Below the pieces are notes generated by a model that had not been told where the DNA came from, searched no databases, and saw only the letters and a list, made by a program, of their open reading frames with translations. 64,000 bases of DNA from Octopus bimaculoides. Taxonomy: Eukaryota. Numbering within the stretch: the first letter of the stretch is position 1; the number at the start of each line of letters is the position of its first letter. Below, in pieces: positions 62,650-64,000 of this stretch. The position numbers were made by a program, and so were the translations under genes. The DNA is taken from NCBI RefSeq assembly GCF_001194135.2, contig NC_068985.1:71811194-71875193 (forward strand). The letters are read 5' to 3'.

Positions 62650-63027
62650 TCTTTTATTCTTTTACTTGTTTCAGTCATTTGACTGCAGCCATGCTGGAGC
62701 ACTGCCTTGAGGGGTTTTAATCACATGAATCAACCCCAGGACATCTTTTTTTAAGCCTAGTACTTATTCTCTTTTGCTGAACTGCTAAGCTATGGGAACA
62801 TAAACATACGAGCATCAGCTGTCAAGCAATTGCTGGGGAACAAACACACACACACACACACACACATATATGATGAGCTTCTTTCAGTTTCCATGTACCA
62901 AATCCACCCACAAGGCTTTACTCAGCCCAAGGTTATAGCAGAAGACACTTACCCAAGGTGCTATACAGTGGGACTGAACTCAGAACTATATGGTTGGGAA
63001 GCAAACTTCTTACCACACAGCTATGTC
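62650..63027 (-). mobile_element. SINE family A
   Basis: ttattcttttacttgtttcagtcatttgactgcagccatgctggagcactgcc...gggactgaactcagaac...cttcttaccacacagc. Confidence 0.9.
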
Positions 63028-63277
63028 TAAATGTGGACATGGTGTAGAAGTATAGATCATACATACATTTTCGGTCATCACTCTGTTGTGATACACTTGT
63101 GTTCTATGCATTGTTGTGAATATGCTGCAATTTTACAAAGCTATTCTAAATGCCAACATTTTCAGAAATATATCCTAACATTTTATGACTAGTTTTTAAT
63201 GCATTGCACCAATTAATATGCATTCCTTTGCAGCATATTGCAATGTGTGTGTCCATTTCTGTTTTAAAACAATTTAA

Positions 63278-63482
63278 ATACTATATGACGCAAACTAGAA
63301 AATGTTATTTTTTTGGAATGCAGTATCGCAATTAGAACAGCAGAAATAATGGGTAAACTACCCTTACAAGGCAGAAAAAGTTGTCAACAAACAGCCTTGT
63401 AAAGGTAATTTACCTATTATTTCTGCTGCTCTAATGGCAATACTGTGTTTGAAAAAATATCTTCTTGTTTGTATCATACGAT
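63278..63482. repeat. Long imperfect palindrome (52-bp core arms), probably a MITE core
   Basis: 63321-63372 versus 63394-63445 shows 46/52 complementarity with a 21-nt loop; weaker pairing extends outward. Confidence 0.75.
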
Positions 63483-64000
63483 ACACATTTTGACACTTGT
63501 AATAAAACCAAATCTAAGTTTGTTTATATTTATACACACATAATTTAAATACTGATTTTCATATAAAACTACTGTGTTCTCTAGTACTTTCAGTACCATA
63601 TTCCGTGGATAGAAAATGGCTTAAAATTGCTATAAAGTTTGCAGTTCTTGGGATGAAGATAGGTTTTTTTGCAGTGTTTAGTGTAAAGTCTGGCAAGTGA
63701 ATTCTAATAAGGGTTGTATATGAGATGTGCAGATGAGACAAATAAGCTTGTGAGCAGTTTTATACCAAATATATCATCAGGTGTTAGCAGAAAGTATCAT
63801 AACAACACAATGAGACAATGGGACCAAAGCCATTATATTGTTTTAATTCCTATTTGAAAACCTTGACAAATGCAGGAATACCAATGTCTCAAGTATTTTC
63901 TTTTTTGTATACATGCAACTTTTGTATGTTATATAACAAAAAATAACAATAGTAGTAGCAGTAGTAATAATAATTATCCTTTCTACTAAAGGCACAAGGC

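Overview
Eukaryotic, AT-rich, CpG-depleted, repeat-saturated DNA with seven N-gaps. The SINE, RTE-LINE and microsatellite landscape matches my recollection of an octopod cephalopod (Octopus-like) genome; this is inference, no database was searched. I find no complete protein-coding gene, no RNA gene and no CRISPR array, and almost all ORF-track entries are microsatellite or antisense-TE artefacts. Supportable content: (i) three tRNA-head SINE families (my labels A, B, C) plus an unclassified short repeat (D); (ii) decayed LINEs (RTE, CR1-like, a Penelope-like trace, and an R4/Dong-like RLE element in a (TAA)n tract); (iii) DNA transposons (two mariner remnants; piggyBac-like TTAA, hAT-like, Tc1-like and Tc2-like MITEs; a GG-terminal 8-bp-TSD element carrying TTAGGG repeats); (iv) several nested insertions that give a relative chronology. 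The most interesting non-TE signals are splice-type: a near-ideal + strand AG|GTAAGT recursive-splice (zero-length exon) motif at 55210/55211, a palindromic site at 50611 that reads as a 3-nt microexon (+) or a 54-nt exon (-), and two weak candidate coding exons. Together they suggest the window lies inside very long intron(s) of a host gene. None is confirmed without RNA-seq. I do not see a demonstrable novel multi-gene system. SINE and LINE boundaries are approximate (about +/-15 nt) unless a TSD or TIR is quoted.
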